Positions 12,701 through 24,900 of a stretch of DNA of 64,000 nt are shown here, piece by piece. The stretch is taken from NCBI GenBank assembly GCA_951804945.1, contig OX638149.1, forward strand, positions 33,046,001 through 33,110,000, in the 5' to 3' direction. Position numbers and translations under genes: made by a program. Source of the stretch: Podarcis cretensis. Taxonomy: Eukaryota. Within the stretch, counting starts at the first letter, position 1; every line of letters begins with the position of its first letter. The notes under the pieces were generated by a model, which made no database searches, was not told the origin of the DNA, and was given only the letters and a program-made list of their open reading frames with translations.

Positions 12701-15337
12701 AGAAATATAAAAAGAATGAGCATTATTAAGTTGTGCTGCATGATATATCCCGTAACTAGTTTTTTATTTGGAAAAGATATGTATTATGCGGCTTCAACTG
12801 TTCTGGATTTTCAGTTATTGCTTTTGCTTTAACGCTTGGCTCAACCATTAGCCTCTCTTGTTATTAGTATCATTAACACTTTTCTTCTGTTGCATTAGCC
12901 AGAATATACCTTCTCTCAGCCCGTTCATTGCTGTTCATCACTGTTGCTTTTACTCCCCAGAAGCTGAACTCTTACGAAAAATCCGTATTCAGATGAGAGC
13001 CAAGGATTTATTGGAAAGTTCCTGGGCTCCTATTGAGCTTGGCAAGAGGAAAAAAGGATCCCAAATTACCTCTATAAACAGGGAGAAAAAACTGAGCTTT
13101 CTGCAGGATAACTTCAGTTTTAAACCAAGAATCAATACATCTGTGCCTGACTTTGAAGGACTTTACTGGGCATTCCAGAGAGAAGCTTTAAGCAAACGAG
13201 AAATCAAAGAAACAACTCATAATAAACCATTCAGACTTAGAACATCTAATCTCTGTTGCAAACATCAAGTGCCTAATCTGGGGATGATGGTAAGAGGGAT
13301 TGCTTTTATCTTTGTACTGCTTTGTATTCCTTTACATACAAATCACTCATGAGTGCAAAACACCAAATATACTTTACCATCCATTTAACCCAGTGTTGAG
13401 ATAGTTTTAGATCAAGGTCGGCTTTCTTTGGAACAAATGTTACGGAATAAAACAAGAAGAGTCTCAATGGCACCAATTTATGCTTGAAGTCTTAACTGTA
13501 GTAGTACTTCTATTGAAGTGCATTTTGAATAGTAAATAACAACTTTATTACTATTAATATTAAATAGCAAATCAGTGTCTGAACTAAATTTTGAAGGAAG
13601 GTAATCTGAAAAACAGAGAGTCAAAATAAAAACTGACAAATCACCAAGCCCAGACAACATCCACCCAAGAGTTCTTAAAGCACGTAAATGTAAAATTGCT
13701 GACCAAAAATATGTAAATTGTCTCTCAGATCAGCCTCCATACCCGAGGACTGGAAAGTGGCCAGTGTAACCCTAATTGTTTTTAAAGGAATCCTGGAAAC
13801 TAAATGCTGTTTAGTTTAACATCTGATCTCTCCCAGGAAAACTGGTGGAAAGTATTGTTAAAGATTAGATCAGCAAAGCTTGTTCTTCTGTATTCTTGCT
13901 TAAGCAGATCTAGCATTACTTCTGCAAAGGCAAGTCCTGTCTCACCAACCAATTAGAATTCTTTGAGAGTGTCAGCAACCATATAGATAGAGGTTGACAC
14001 AGTGTATTCAGACTTTCAAAAAGCTTTCAGCAAAGTACCTCACCCAAGACTCTTGTGTAATCTTAGCAGTCATGGAGTAAAAAGAGAGATTTTCTTGTAA
14101 ATCAGTAAATGGTTATGTATGTAGCAGGATAACATCCTGTTGTGTACAGGATGCGTCGCTTTCCACATCAGCAGCTCTTCGCCCCACTTACCTGTCAGCA
14201 TAATGTTTTCCAAATGTAAAAATGTGAACCTCATAAGAGACAAGCATTTGAGGGTTGATAATAACAAATAGCAAACACTATATATATGTGCATGCATTCA
14301 TACATACTTACAAAGAGAGCACAGCTGCAGCTGTACAAAAAGGTGTGTTTAAAAAAAACACCAATATTAAATATTCTTTCTTTCAGGATTTTCAACAACC
14401 TTCCAGGGCACCAATACAAAGGAGTCGGTCTTTGAATTACCTTTCATCCCTCTCCTCCAACACACTTCCAATATATATCACAGATGCAGTGAGAAAGAGA
14501 CAGTCTGCTATTAAGTGAGTAACTTACTCATTTAATTAAATTATGAATAAGTGCGAAGGTGGAACATCCTGATCCAGACAATGCCTTCAAAACCTTGCAA
14601 TATAACCCTGCCTGTCCCACATGGCAGATGGAGGCCACTTATGCTTTTGGATACCCCCCAGAACAAAATTCCCAAAAGCCTGCTAAAATTCAGAGTTAAG
14701 AGAGTACCACATATACTTTGAACAATATTGTTTTAACTTGGATATTGTTTTAACTGGCAATATTGTTTTAACTGGCTTTGTATAAGTTTTGTTTTGGAAA
14801 ACAGTGATTTCATTTTGAAATAAGATCATATCCCATTATCTGCATATATATTTAGACGCCTTCAAGAGGATAAAAAATACAAGGAAAATGAAGGAGCTCG
14901 TTGGGCAGAGTTGCAGAGAAAGAGAGGTCAGGCTATGCATAAGTCTCTGAATTGCCGAGCAAAAGCTTTGGATCCCCATAAAAGCTTGGAGGAAACACAC
15001 AGAGAAAAGCTGAAGCAAAACTGGTCAGTATGCTAATTGGCTTTGGTAGCGTACTATTGAAGCAAAATCATTTCAGTTGGAATTACTGATAGCTCGGTAT
15101 GTGAAATGGGTTTGGGCTTCAAGTGTTCATGGCCAACAGACAGCAGTCATATTATTTATTTACACTTCATGCTTATCTCACCACTATCCTTATAATTGGT
15201 AACAGAGCCCCAGAATTTGAAAAATAATATATTGTAATAGAAAAGGGATTCCAATTTGGATCTAAAAGGCTTTCCCAAAAAAGCAACATCTCATTACTGT
15301 GCTTCTCTTCTCTGCCTGACTGGGCTTTTAAAAATAA

Positions 15338-15377
<40 letters not shown>

Positions 15378-18157
15378 TCCTGGATGCTATCATGGACTGG
15401 ATGAGATCCTGTGGGTGGGAGTTTTTCAGTTTTGGGAATTTGAATTTGTACCTGTTCTGGAAGTAGAGCATCATTTGAGGGTACTGCTAGATCAATCACA
15501 GATGCTAGAGGCCCAGTTGGCTCTGAGCACCCATTACCAACTATGGTTGGTGCACCAACCTACCTTGTCCTACCTTGTTTTTAAGAAATGTTATTGCTTT
15601 TTTATTTTTATGTAAATTGCTTATAAATGTTTTGTTAAGCAGCCTGCCAACCTAGCAGTTCGAAAGCACCTCCGGGTGCAAGTAGATAAATAGGGACCGC
15701 TTACCGGCGGGAAGGTAAACGGCGTTTCCGTGTGCGGCTCTGGCTCGCCAGAGCAGCGATGTCACGCTGGCCACGTGACCCGGAAGTGTCTCCGGACAGC
15801 GCTGGCCCCTGGCCTCTTGAGTGAGATGGGCGCACAACCCCAGAGTCTGTCAAGACTGGCCCGTACGGGCAGGGGTACCTTTACCTTTACCTTTTTTTAT
15901 AAAGATGTTATAAATGAATTGCCAGGGAGCATAGGTGCCCAGATGTTCTTCTGCACCCATATAGCAGATCTATATGCAGCCCATTTCTGTGGAGAGATTC
16001 CTATATCTAAATGTGCCCTCCTTCCTGATAATTAAAAGTGCAGCACAGAGTAACTGAAGATGATGCATAGTACGGAAACCTTTTGTTTCAGGCAAAATGA
16101 CCGAAAAAGAACACAAGAGTATAGAAAGGAACTAGAAGAGATGAAGTTGCGAGTGAAAAACAGACCATATATGTTTGAACAGGTCACAAAGGTAACTATT
16201 TTGGTATGGGGAAACTGTCAAGGTTTAGAGGATCAAACAGTAAATACCAGCAGGCTGTAGCAGGGAGTCAATATTCAAGTAACCTCTTTGCCATTTTGGA
16301 AGTCTGAAGGGTAAAAAAAACTTCATGGGAAAGAGTTTGGTAGGGAACAAAATTTAGTTGCTGACCAGCTGTAATGATAGAGAAACTACTGTACACTAAA
16401 TAGGAAAATATTGTTTTCAAAATAAATTGAGGTATATGTATGAATATAATGGTCTTCAAAGAATTCGCAAACATTTTAAAATATAACTGCTTCTTCCGTA
16501 TTGAGAGAAATATCCAATTATTTTCTAGTTTAGAGTGATCGCCTGGAATAATTGTAAGTATTCATGAAGGGAAGAGGGCCTACTAAACCGCCTGTCTTCT
16601 GAATTCCACAGCAAGGTGCCCGTCAGGGGGCAGAGAGGCTTTTTCGAGACACCTTGCAGCAGTTTGGGTTGAATGAAGAATTTGTGAAAAGCAAAGGAGG
16701 AGACACCACTAACCTAGTAGGGAAGGAGCAGTCTGAATCACAAAGGTATTTAAAGAACAGAAAATCACCTGTAGCTTCATAAAAAATAGTCTTCTACATT
16801 TACCTATTAGATATAAAGGTAAAGGTAAAGGTACCCCTGCCCGTTCGGGCCAGTCTTGCCAGACTCTAGGGTTGTGCGCTCATCTCACTCTATAGGCCGG
16901 GAGCCAACGCTGTCCGCAGACACTTCCGGGTCACGTGGCCAGCGTGACAAGCTGCATCTGGCGAGCCAGCGCAGCACACGGAATGCCGTTTACCTTCCCA
17001 CTGGTAAGCAGTCCCTATTTATCTACTTGCACCTGGAGGTGCTTTCGAACTGCTAGGTTGGCAGGCACTGGGACCGAACGACGGGAGCGCACCCCGCCGC
17101 GGGGATTCGAACCACCGACCATGCGATCGGCAAGTCCTAGGCGCTGAGGTTTTACCCACAGCGCCACCCGCATCCTCCTATTAGATATAGGGGCATACAT
17201 TTAGGCTGAGAAGGAAAGAAACTTGCACTTAACAAGCCATGGAGTTGTCAGTGAGCTACCAGACCCAATTCAAGATGAACTGGCTTGGGACCAAATTACT
17301 TGAAAGAGAATCTTCCCAAATAGGAAACTACCCGTTTGGCAGGTGATGCCTTGTTGATGATGGTGCTGCTGGGGGCTCCCCAGCTCGCAATTCCATGTGA
17401 CAGGGCCTCTTCAGCAGGAGTTCCCCATTCATAGGTCCTTCCTGGTGAGGCAGCAGTGCTGACTTGGGCCCCACACTGTCATAAAGTCATGGTGGCGGGC
17501 CCACTGCATCCCAGAAGCATGTCCATGGCTGCAATGTGCCCCAACAGAGGCCTTATGGCAGAGGCGCAGGCCCCGGCCCAGTCGCCGCCAGAGGTAAGGC
17601 ACCAGCCGGCAGAGGCCGGGCCCCAGGACCCTGGAGTTGGTGCCCCTGTTGTGTGGTGTGTCTCCCCTCATTATTGACTTTCAGGATTTTTAAAACATTC
17701 CTGTTTACTCAAGACATTTTTGATGGCTGCGGGAAAAAAACACCTGTTCCTGGAAACCCTGAGATCACTGGTTGAAAGAATGTTTTTAGAATTATAAACT
17801 GTTTCATTATTGATGTGTTTAGCCACCCTTGACTCAGAATATAAACTGAAATAATAATAAAAGTCCCTGTTCACAGATTGGATTTAGGCTCATCACACTG
17901 CCTAAAGTATCTCACACAGTTGTTGTGAGGATGAAATACGGAAAAAAGTATATAGGATGTTCGGAACTCCTTAGAAGTAGAGTAAGATTCAGATGTGAAC
18001 TTTGCAACTATGACCACCACTTCCAGTGATTTTATAGCGTGAAATTTTGAAATCACAATTTTTAATCAACAGGACTCATAAGTCGCAGAGGAATACCAAA
18101 GCTGGCATTATACAAGAACTAGCTGAAGAGGGGCAAAGAATACTACAAACAAAGTAG
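9607..18157 (+). CDS. FAM161B: Protein FAM161B (UPF0564 family, ciliary/microtubule-associated), ~624 aa
   Basis: Exons: 9607-9678, 10510-10823, 11052-11596, 12961-13289, 14387-14514, 14856-15023, 16092-16191, 16612-16745, 18073-18157 (stop TAG). All GT-AG, 1875 nt. Recognised motifs: ITVPQPFNMTLRE, EAECQKQFRAQPVPAHIYLPLYQEIME, VPDFEGLY, RSRSL..LSSLSSNTLP, RPYMFEQV. The last exon is poorly conserved and less certain. Confidence 0.92.
10046..10405 (-). mobile_element. LINE-2 3' fragment with (ATT)n tail
   Basis: Minus-strand translation LRSSTEGLLAVP...RAFLVVAPALWNALSSDVKEINNYLTFRRHLKAALF resembles the L2 ORF2 C-terminus, followed by a 3' UTR and a (TAA)n tail. Confidence 0.8.
13575..14120 (+). 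mobile_element. Degenerate CR1 LINE reverse-transcriptase fragment
   Basis: Decayed CR1 RT motifs: KSPSPDNIHPRVLK, PEDWKVASVT, GKSCLTNQLEFFE, DFQKAFSKVPH, with frameshifts. Confidence 0.75.
15643..15892 (+). mobile_element. 5'-truncated Sauria (Squam1) SINE
   Basis: Starts at CCTGCCAACCTAGCAGTTCGAAAGCAC, contains GGGAAGGTAAACGGCG and ends in an (ACCTTT)n tail. Reverse-complement similar to the copy at 16816-17176. Confidence 0.85.
16816..17176 (-). mobile_element. Full-length Sauria (Squam1) SINE with 13-bp TSD
   Basis: tRNA-like head with A box (GGTGGCGCTGTGGG) and B box (GGTTCGAATCCC), and an (ACCTTT)n tail. Perfect direct repeat CCTATTAGATATA at 16803-16815 and 17177-17189. Confidence 0.92.
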
Positions 18158-18370
18158 GAACCCAATGGAAGTTTTCAGGTGCCTAAAGCTCATTTCCCCT
18201 CCTTTAATCAAATATCATTAGATCAGGGTTAGGCAACTTCTTCAGCATGAAGAACTGAAGCTAGCATGCTTTTATATAAAAATTTGTAATCATGGTGTAT
18301 ACTAGATTATAGACAACATATGTATTGCACTTCTTTAGGCAATCTCAAAAGATTTGGCACCATCCCTCTA

Positions 18371-18580
18371 CAGTGGTACCTCGGGTTACATACGTTTCAG
18401 GTTAGACTCCGCTAACCCAGAAATAGTACCTTGGGTTAAGAACTTTGCTTCAGGATGAGAACAGAAATCGAGCGGCGGTGACGCAGCAGCAACAGCGGGA
18501 GGCCCCATTAGCTAAAGTGGTGCTTCAGGTTAAGAACAGACCTCCGAAACGAATTAAGTACGTAACCACAGGTACCACTG
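18371..18580. mobile_element. Tigger/mariner-type MITE in the probable FAM161B 3' UTR
   Basis: TIRs CAGTGGTACCTCGGGTTAC / GTAACCACAGGTACCACTG, with TA on both sides (18369-70, 18581-82). Confidence 0.85.
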
Positions 18581-18942
18581 TACTTGGGTGGGTGGAAGTG
18601 GGGAGGTATGTGCATATGCAGCCTGCTGTGCTGACACAGATCCTGGAAGCATCATCCTGTTTGGATGTTTCATGCTAATGGTACCCATACAGATTCTGCA
18701 CTACCTTAAATTAAAAGGTACCACACTACTGTTTTAAATGTTTATGCCTCTCAGGTTCAGAAAGCTGTACAATGGAATTGCTACAGTAGATGTTTTTAGC
18801 CAGTTTTGTTCCTACAAACAGATTGGCAACAAGGAGTTTTTAGATTTCCCTTCAGTAACTCATTTGCACTATTTTTTAAAACAAAAGATGGCCAGAGGAT
18901 CTATGCTAAATCCTCTTCTCCATCCCTTGGCCATGCAAGGCT

Positions 18943-18948
18943 AATAAA
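18943..18948 (+). terminator. Candidate FAM161B polyadenylation signal
   Basis: AATAAA ~790 nt after the predicted stop; alternative AATAAA hexamers occur further downstream. Confidence 0.35.
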
Positions 18949-20260
18949 CTTATATTTTCCCTAGCAACCTAGCTTCCTTATTGTTACAAGCTGAGATTTA
19001 CAGTCCAAGATGCCATTATGATTCTATGCTGGCTTACTTGGAAGTAAGTCCCACTGAGGATAAATGGGCTTGCTTACAGATAAATATGCTTAGGGAGTAA
19101 ACTGAAGTGCCTAATGCTCCAAAAGCAGCGGTATATTAGTCTAGTAGCAACTACTGAAAAGCATGATGAGTTGTTATTCCATCTGAACGTTTAGTAAAAA
19201 TTAACTCTATTTTCAAAAACATGAATAAAATCATTAAAGCCAAGATTCATAGAATTTAAAGTAACATGTAAAGTTACTTTATTCATTGAGGACAGGTTGG
19301 GGGGGGGGGACCTTTCTGACTCCATGGGCCAGATTCTTACCAAGATCTGCCTTGCAGGCCAAAATTGACGTGAGTGGGGCCACCCACTTCTCAAAAACCC
19401 TTGCACACTGATCTCAGAGGCACAAAAAAGAAGTGGCAGGAGATTTGCAAAGCCTTTTCCAATTCCCAGAGGGTTGGGGATGTAAAGTGGGTGGGGAGAC
19501 TTGCAAAAAGATTTAAGACAGCCTCTGCACTCCATTTTGAGCAAATGGGAACACAGGAGCTGCCTTTAAATCCTTTGCAAAAGCTACTTTGAAATAGCTT
19601 GCAAGTACACGTAAGCTGTTTCAAAAAGTGCTTTTGCACAGGACTTTTAATCCCTGCTCAGTTACTATTTTTTGTGCTGTGCTGTATTCTTGTTCTAATG
19701 GTCTATAATTGTTTTTAAATATTTAATCTGCCCAGAGAACTTTGAGTGGCACAAATACTGTATTTATTATGCTCTGTCTGGTCCATATCAAACCATGTTA
19801 ATTCTGAGCCCAGAGGCTGATTAAAAGATTTATGCATTTTCCTATTTTACAAGTAGAACTGTCTGAAGTAAATGAAAGCTTATTCTATAATAAATGTGCT
19901 TGACCTTAAAGGCATTACAAGATTAATTGTTTTCACCTTTTTATATGTTCACAAAAATATATGTCCTTTAAAATATAATGTAGAAACATGATCTCCCCCC
20001 CCCCAAAAAAAAAAAAATATTTAAAGTGGAAGCTATATGAGAAGCTTCAGCAACAGTACTTTTGGTACAGAGTGGCCAATGAGAACATTCCTGCTCATTT
20101 TTGTTCTATTTTTTTCTGTTTAATTGTTTTACATATATAGTAATAGGATTTTGTATGACATGTAATTGCTTGGTACTTGGCTTTAAGGTACCCATGAGCA
20201 TCTTTGAATAGGCAAAGAAAAGCACAAAATACACAAATATCAGGGGTTGGAAGTAGATAG

Positions 20261-20266
20261 TTTATT
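20261..20266 (-). terminator. Candidate ZNF410 polyadenylation signal
   Basis: AATAAA on the minus strand followed by a U/GU-rich stretch; another candidate near 20938-20943. Confidence 0.4.
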
Positions 20267-21651
20267 TACAACTGAAGAATACTGAATAGATTCTACCTCT
20301 GATTTTTTTTTTTAAATTAAGCCCTAATAATTAGAAATTAAAATCACAGCAAGAAGCAAGGGTGTCTGAGGCAATCCTCTGAACAACATCATGTCTTCAG
20401 TTTGGAGCAGAAATCATATTAGAGAGTATATCTGCACCAAGCAAGGAGATGTGGAAGATCTAGCTCAAAGAGAAACCACAAACCACCTGATAATTCAGAA
20501 GCAAGAACAGAACTGCAGTGCCTTGTTGCAGAATTCACTACCATCTAAAGATACTCCTCCAAGAAGAACGAGTCAATATAATGCTGAGCTTATGATCAGC
20601 TTCAGGAGAGAAAAAAGTGGCTAGGAACTAGTTCCAAGAGCATTACCTCCTCGCCTTTGGGATGCCAGGTTCAACAGGAACAGTACCCTGTTCAGACATT
20701 AGTAAAAGCTCCTGAAGCCCTTCTTCAGAGGTTCCAGTGATTGAAGCAAACCATATTCCAGGCCTCTGGTCTGATAGGTCACAATAAGTACACTAGAGGC
20801 ACAGCATAAACTCTAGGGATTCAAGTACCACATGGTTTCTTGAGCCCATCATCACACAAGCTTCTTCTTTAGCTTCGTATCTTGTGTTGAATACTTCATT
20901 CATTTGCTCTTCCTTTTGTAACTGCAAATCAACACATTTTATTTTTATCAATACTAGTTCAGACTTGTTTATAAGAAAGGAACGAATAATAGAATGATTC
21001 AAGCAACACACTGCTCTATTATATTTCACATCATCTTTTTTTCTTTCTTTCAAGCCCTCTCTATATGACAAATTACCAACACAGATGTTGGTAACACCTT
21101 TACTTGTAACACCTTCTAACGTATTTGTTTTAAATGAAGGGCCTGGCTGATCAGTGCTAAGGCAGTGGGAGGAACTGGCTCACTCCAATCAAGGTAGAAG
21201 TTGGGCAGGGTGGGCTGGACCACGCTCGCACAAAAAGCTGAACAGAATATCTTTAGACTGCTTCACTTTTCTCACTCTAATACAAGTGTATTCTGGAGCA
21301 GAAGGCATCTTAGGATTCAACTCGTACTAAAGATTCTGTGTCATCACAGGAATACACATTTTGCCTGTGTCATATTATGAAAGATGGCATTGTGGGTTGG
21401 GAACAGCATGACGACAGAGGACAGTGTTATTTTGCAAGAATTGTCGTGCAACATTGTGGTACCACACCCAATCATTGTTCAGTGAACAAATGGATATAGT
21501 AAGGTTGTAACAAGAGCCTTGCCTACAGTCATCACAGTTAGGAGACTGTAGTAAGCTTTAATTGAAACCAACAGGCACCAGCAGAGGTTGTGATTTTTGT
21601 GTCAGACCAAGCTGTATGCCACTATAGTTATATAGGTTCCAGATCAAGTAA

Positions 21652-21701
<50 letters not shown>
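21652..21701. repeat. (ATT)n microsatellite
   Basis: About 16 ATT units; similar runs at ~10046-10085 and ~15341-15376. Confidence 0.95.
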
Positions 21702-21919
21702 CAATTTATAATTGAATGGGATTTTTCTTTTAAACCTATTATTACTATAATCTTCCATCAAAATTTCAAACAAATATTTATAAGACTAAATAATAACTAA
21801 AAGCCTCACTGCTATCAAATTCTCAGATAGTAGAAAAGGTGATGTTTTCCTGCACTTTCAAAAGACTAGAATTATGCTGTTCTAAAAGAAATAGAAGTTG
21901 TCTAGGCTGACCTGTAGAT

Positions 21920-24900
21920 TTACTGTAGTAAAGATGACACCCCATAGGAGTGTCTTGATGTTGACATGGGCATCAGATGATGAGATGGCAAAACCACATC
22001 AGATGCAGCATGGATAGAGTTTGTTGTTGCTTCAGCAAGAACCTCTGCAAATCAAACAGGAGACTAAGTTGTGCTTTATAAAATGCTCATTGGGGATTAT
22101 TTTCTCAAGCAACCCGATCTTCAGACAAAAAATGAAGTGTGCATTGTGTGAATGTATTAGACTAGGGCAAATATTAGAAACAATGCCTAAATCAGCACTC
22201 AGGAAAACAAATACAGTATCAGAAACCAATATAAAAGTATTATTATTGTATTCCACCCTTCCTACTGAAGCTATGTGTTGGAACTCCAATAAATTATCCC
22301 ATTTAAGACTATCCTGATAGAAAGATATCCCCTCCCAACTGAGCTCCTGTAAACATTTCATTGCTAATAGAAATATTTTTCTCACCTTCCTTTACACCAA
22401 TAATTGATTCTGTGTCTGGCAACTGCAAAGATTCTACACCAAGGCTGGGAGGTGAGCTCATGGACACCAGATTCTTACTGTGCTCTTCAGATTCTTCCAA
22501 CAAACTACTGCCCATCAATGATTCTGTTGCAAAAACAAAACACCAAGTTGAGGAACAACAGCATCAGTGTCCACTAGTTTGGATTTTGGATTTGATATCC
22601 CGCTTTATCACTACCCGAAGGAGTCTCAAAGTGGCTAACATTCTCCTTTCCCTTCCTCCCCCACAACAAACACTCTGTGAGGTGAGTGAGGCTGAGAGAC
22701 TTCAGAGAAGTGTGACTGGCCCAAGGTCACCCAGCAGCTGCATGTGGAGGAGCGGAGACACAAACCCGGTTCACCAGATTACGAGACTACCGCTCTTAAC
22801 CACTACACCACACAGGCTCTCTAACTATCACACAGAGAGGGATTTCTGCTTCACAAATCTGAAGAATGTGGAGAATTGTTTTCTCACTCTTCCTTATCCA
22901 AGATTTCTTCTTCATGACCTGTATTTTCAGGAAGAGAGTTTGACTTTGTATATTTTGAGATGTGGGCATACACATCTGAAAAGCACAACTTTACTCACAC
23001 AGATCAATTTTATAACTGTTTTTCAAAGCTGGTAAATAGTTAATGCTTTGTGATCAAACACTCTTAGCCTCTCTGTTCCTACAATCTCTTCATGTGATAC
23101 ATCCTCAGAAACAGCCGCATTTCTGTCGCCATCTCATGCTAACACTTCTATGGCAGAACAGATTCTCTTTCTCAACTCGACCTTTCTCATCACTGTTTGA
23201 AAGATCCAATCAAACATTCCCATTCTACTCGGTTCCTACCTGTTTGTTCATGCTGTCTGTTGCTATCTGTTCCAACTCTGGAATGATGTTTCTTCATGTG
23301 TACATTCCTACTACCACTCTGAGAAAATGTCTTCCCACAGATTTGACACTGGTGGGGCTTTACTCCTATAAACAATATACAATAATTGCTAGAGCAGGGA
23401 ATGAAATATCCATTTTCTATGCTTAAGTAGTTTTCATTTTTCTTGAATTCAGAGACCAAAGGCTTAGCTTTAGAAAGGGGCTATCAAGTTCACAGTCAAA
23501 TTTTTTCAGGAAAATTTAGAGTCTCAGGCCTGTATGTACAAGAAGCCTTTGACCTAGAGATTGTAAGATCTCACTTTGTCACGCCCATAATTGTATATAC
23601 TAGGCAAGATGCAGTTTTTAGCCTACACCTTTGAAGTTATGAGGCTCAAGAAGAGAAAAGGGCAAGACAGCATAAAAAGCAAAGGGGGAACCACATTAGT
23701 AATTGTTCAGTAAGACCTAGGGAATAATGTTCTGCTGTCTTCAAGACAGATGTTGTCTGTTGTATGGGTATATCTCAAGGAATAAAGTCCCCTTACCTGA
23801 ATGGACAACTAGGTGTTTCCGAAGGCTGGAGTATTCAGCAAAGGAGCGACCACAGCCCTGAGCCTCACACAAGAAGGGCTTTTCCCCTGCATTGAAGCAT
23901 TTGCTTCAGTTAATTCAAAAAGTCACTTGAATTGCATATGCCCTCATATGCAAGGATCCACTTCTTTCTATTAAGTTGCAGTTTCTCAAATTTAGTCAAA
24001 CACCTTTCATTGTCTACATGAATTGAAGCTTTGAAGCTTTCTACTTGGAGAGTGAAAACACAATTTCTCCAAGACTGGAAGTCTCAGAAATTTAATATAA
24101 CCACCACCAACATGGTTTGCTATTATATAACCTTTTGACCACCTAAAGGAGGTGGGGGAAAACTTTGGCCTGGTTCACATGACCCGCTAAGCCAAACCTT
24201 GACTTATTGAGACCATACACAGAGGAGCTCATATCCACGTTGCTCCTCCCTGGTCCTCTTTTCCGCTGTGCCAAGCCAGGTTTGGCTTAGTGGGTCATCT
24301 GAATCAGCTTTCTCCTCCCCATCTCCTCCCTAGCTGTAACATAGCCGGCATTTGGCCCTCATAAACAGCGTCCGGGTGGAAATTGCTGCAGTGTTCAGGA
24401 AAATCTGGATATATGGCAACCCATGTCGGAAGTGTAGATTTTGCCTAATTTCATTAAAAATACCTCAAAGCTCAACAACTTTGGCAACCCTAAATAAATA
24501 CTTCATAACAGGCATAAAGGCAGAGAGGCAGCAGCTGCCTAGTCAGTGCCATGCTCATAATCTGGCTGATAGAAATGCAGAGAAACTTCTTTAACACTTG
24601 AATACTGGAACAAAAGAAGAATTCGAAAAAAGGGGAATGGTACACACCAGTATGAATCCGCAGGTGATTCTTCAGGTTCCCAGCTGTCGTGAACTGCTTC
24701 CCACAACCTAGCTCGGTGCAGATGAATGGTTTCTCACCATTGTGCGTTCTCATGTGCACCTTCAGCCTCTGCAGGACATAGAAGCTTTTCCCGCAATCTT
24801 TTGCTGGACAAATGAAGGAACGGTCATTCCTGGAAAACAACATCACTTTCATGGCACTATTATACATGCTGCTGTAATCAAGTATTCCTCTGCTGGTGCT

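Noticed and set aside
14722-14775. Three copies of an ~18-bp unit ATATTGTTTTAACT; similar short duplications near 39549 and 41729
   Set aside because: Ordinary slippage tandem repeats with no unique spacers; not CRISPR-like.
17080-17176. tRNA-like A/B boxes
   Set aside because: These are the SINE head, not a tRNA gene; no complete cloverleaf.
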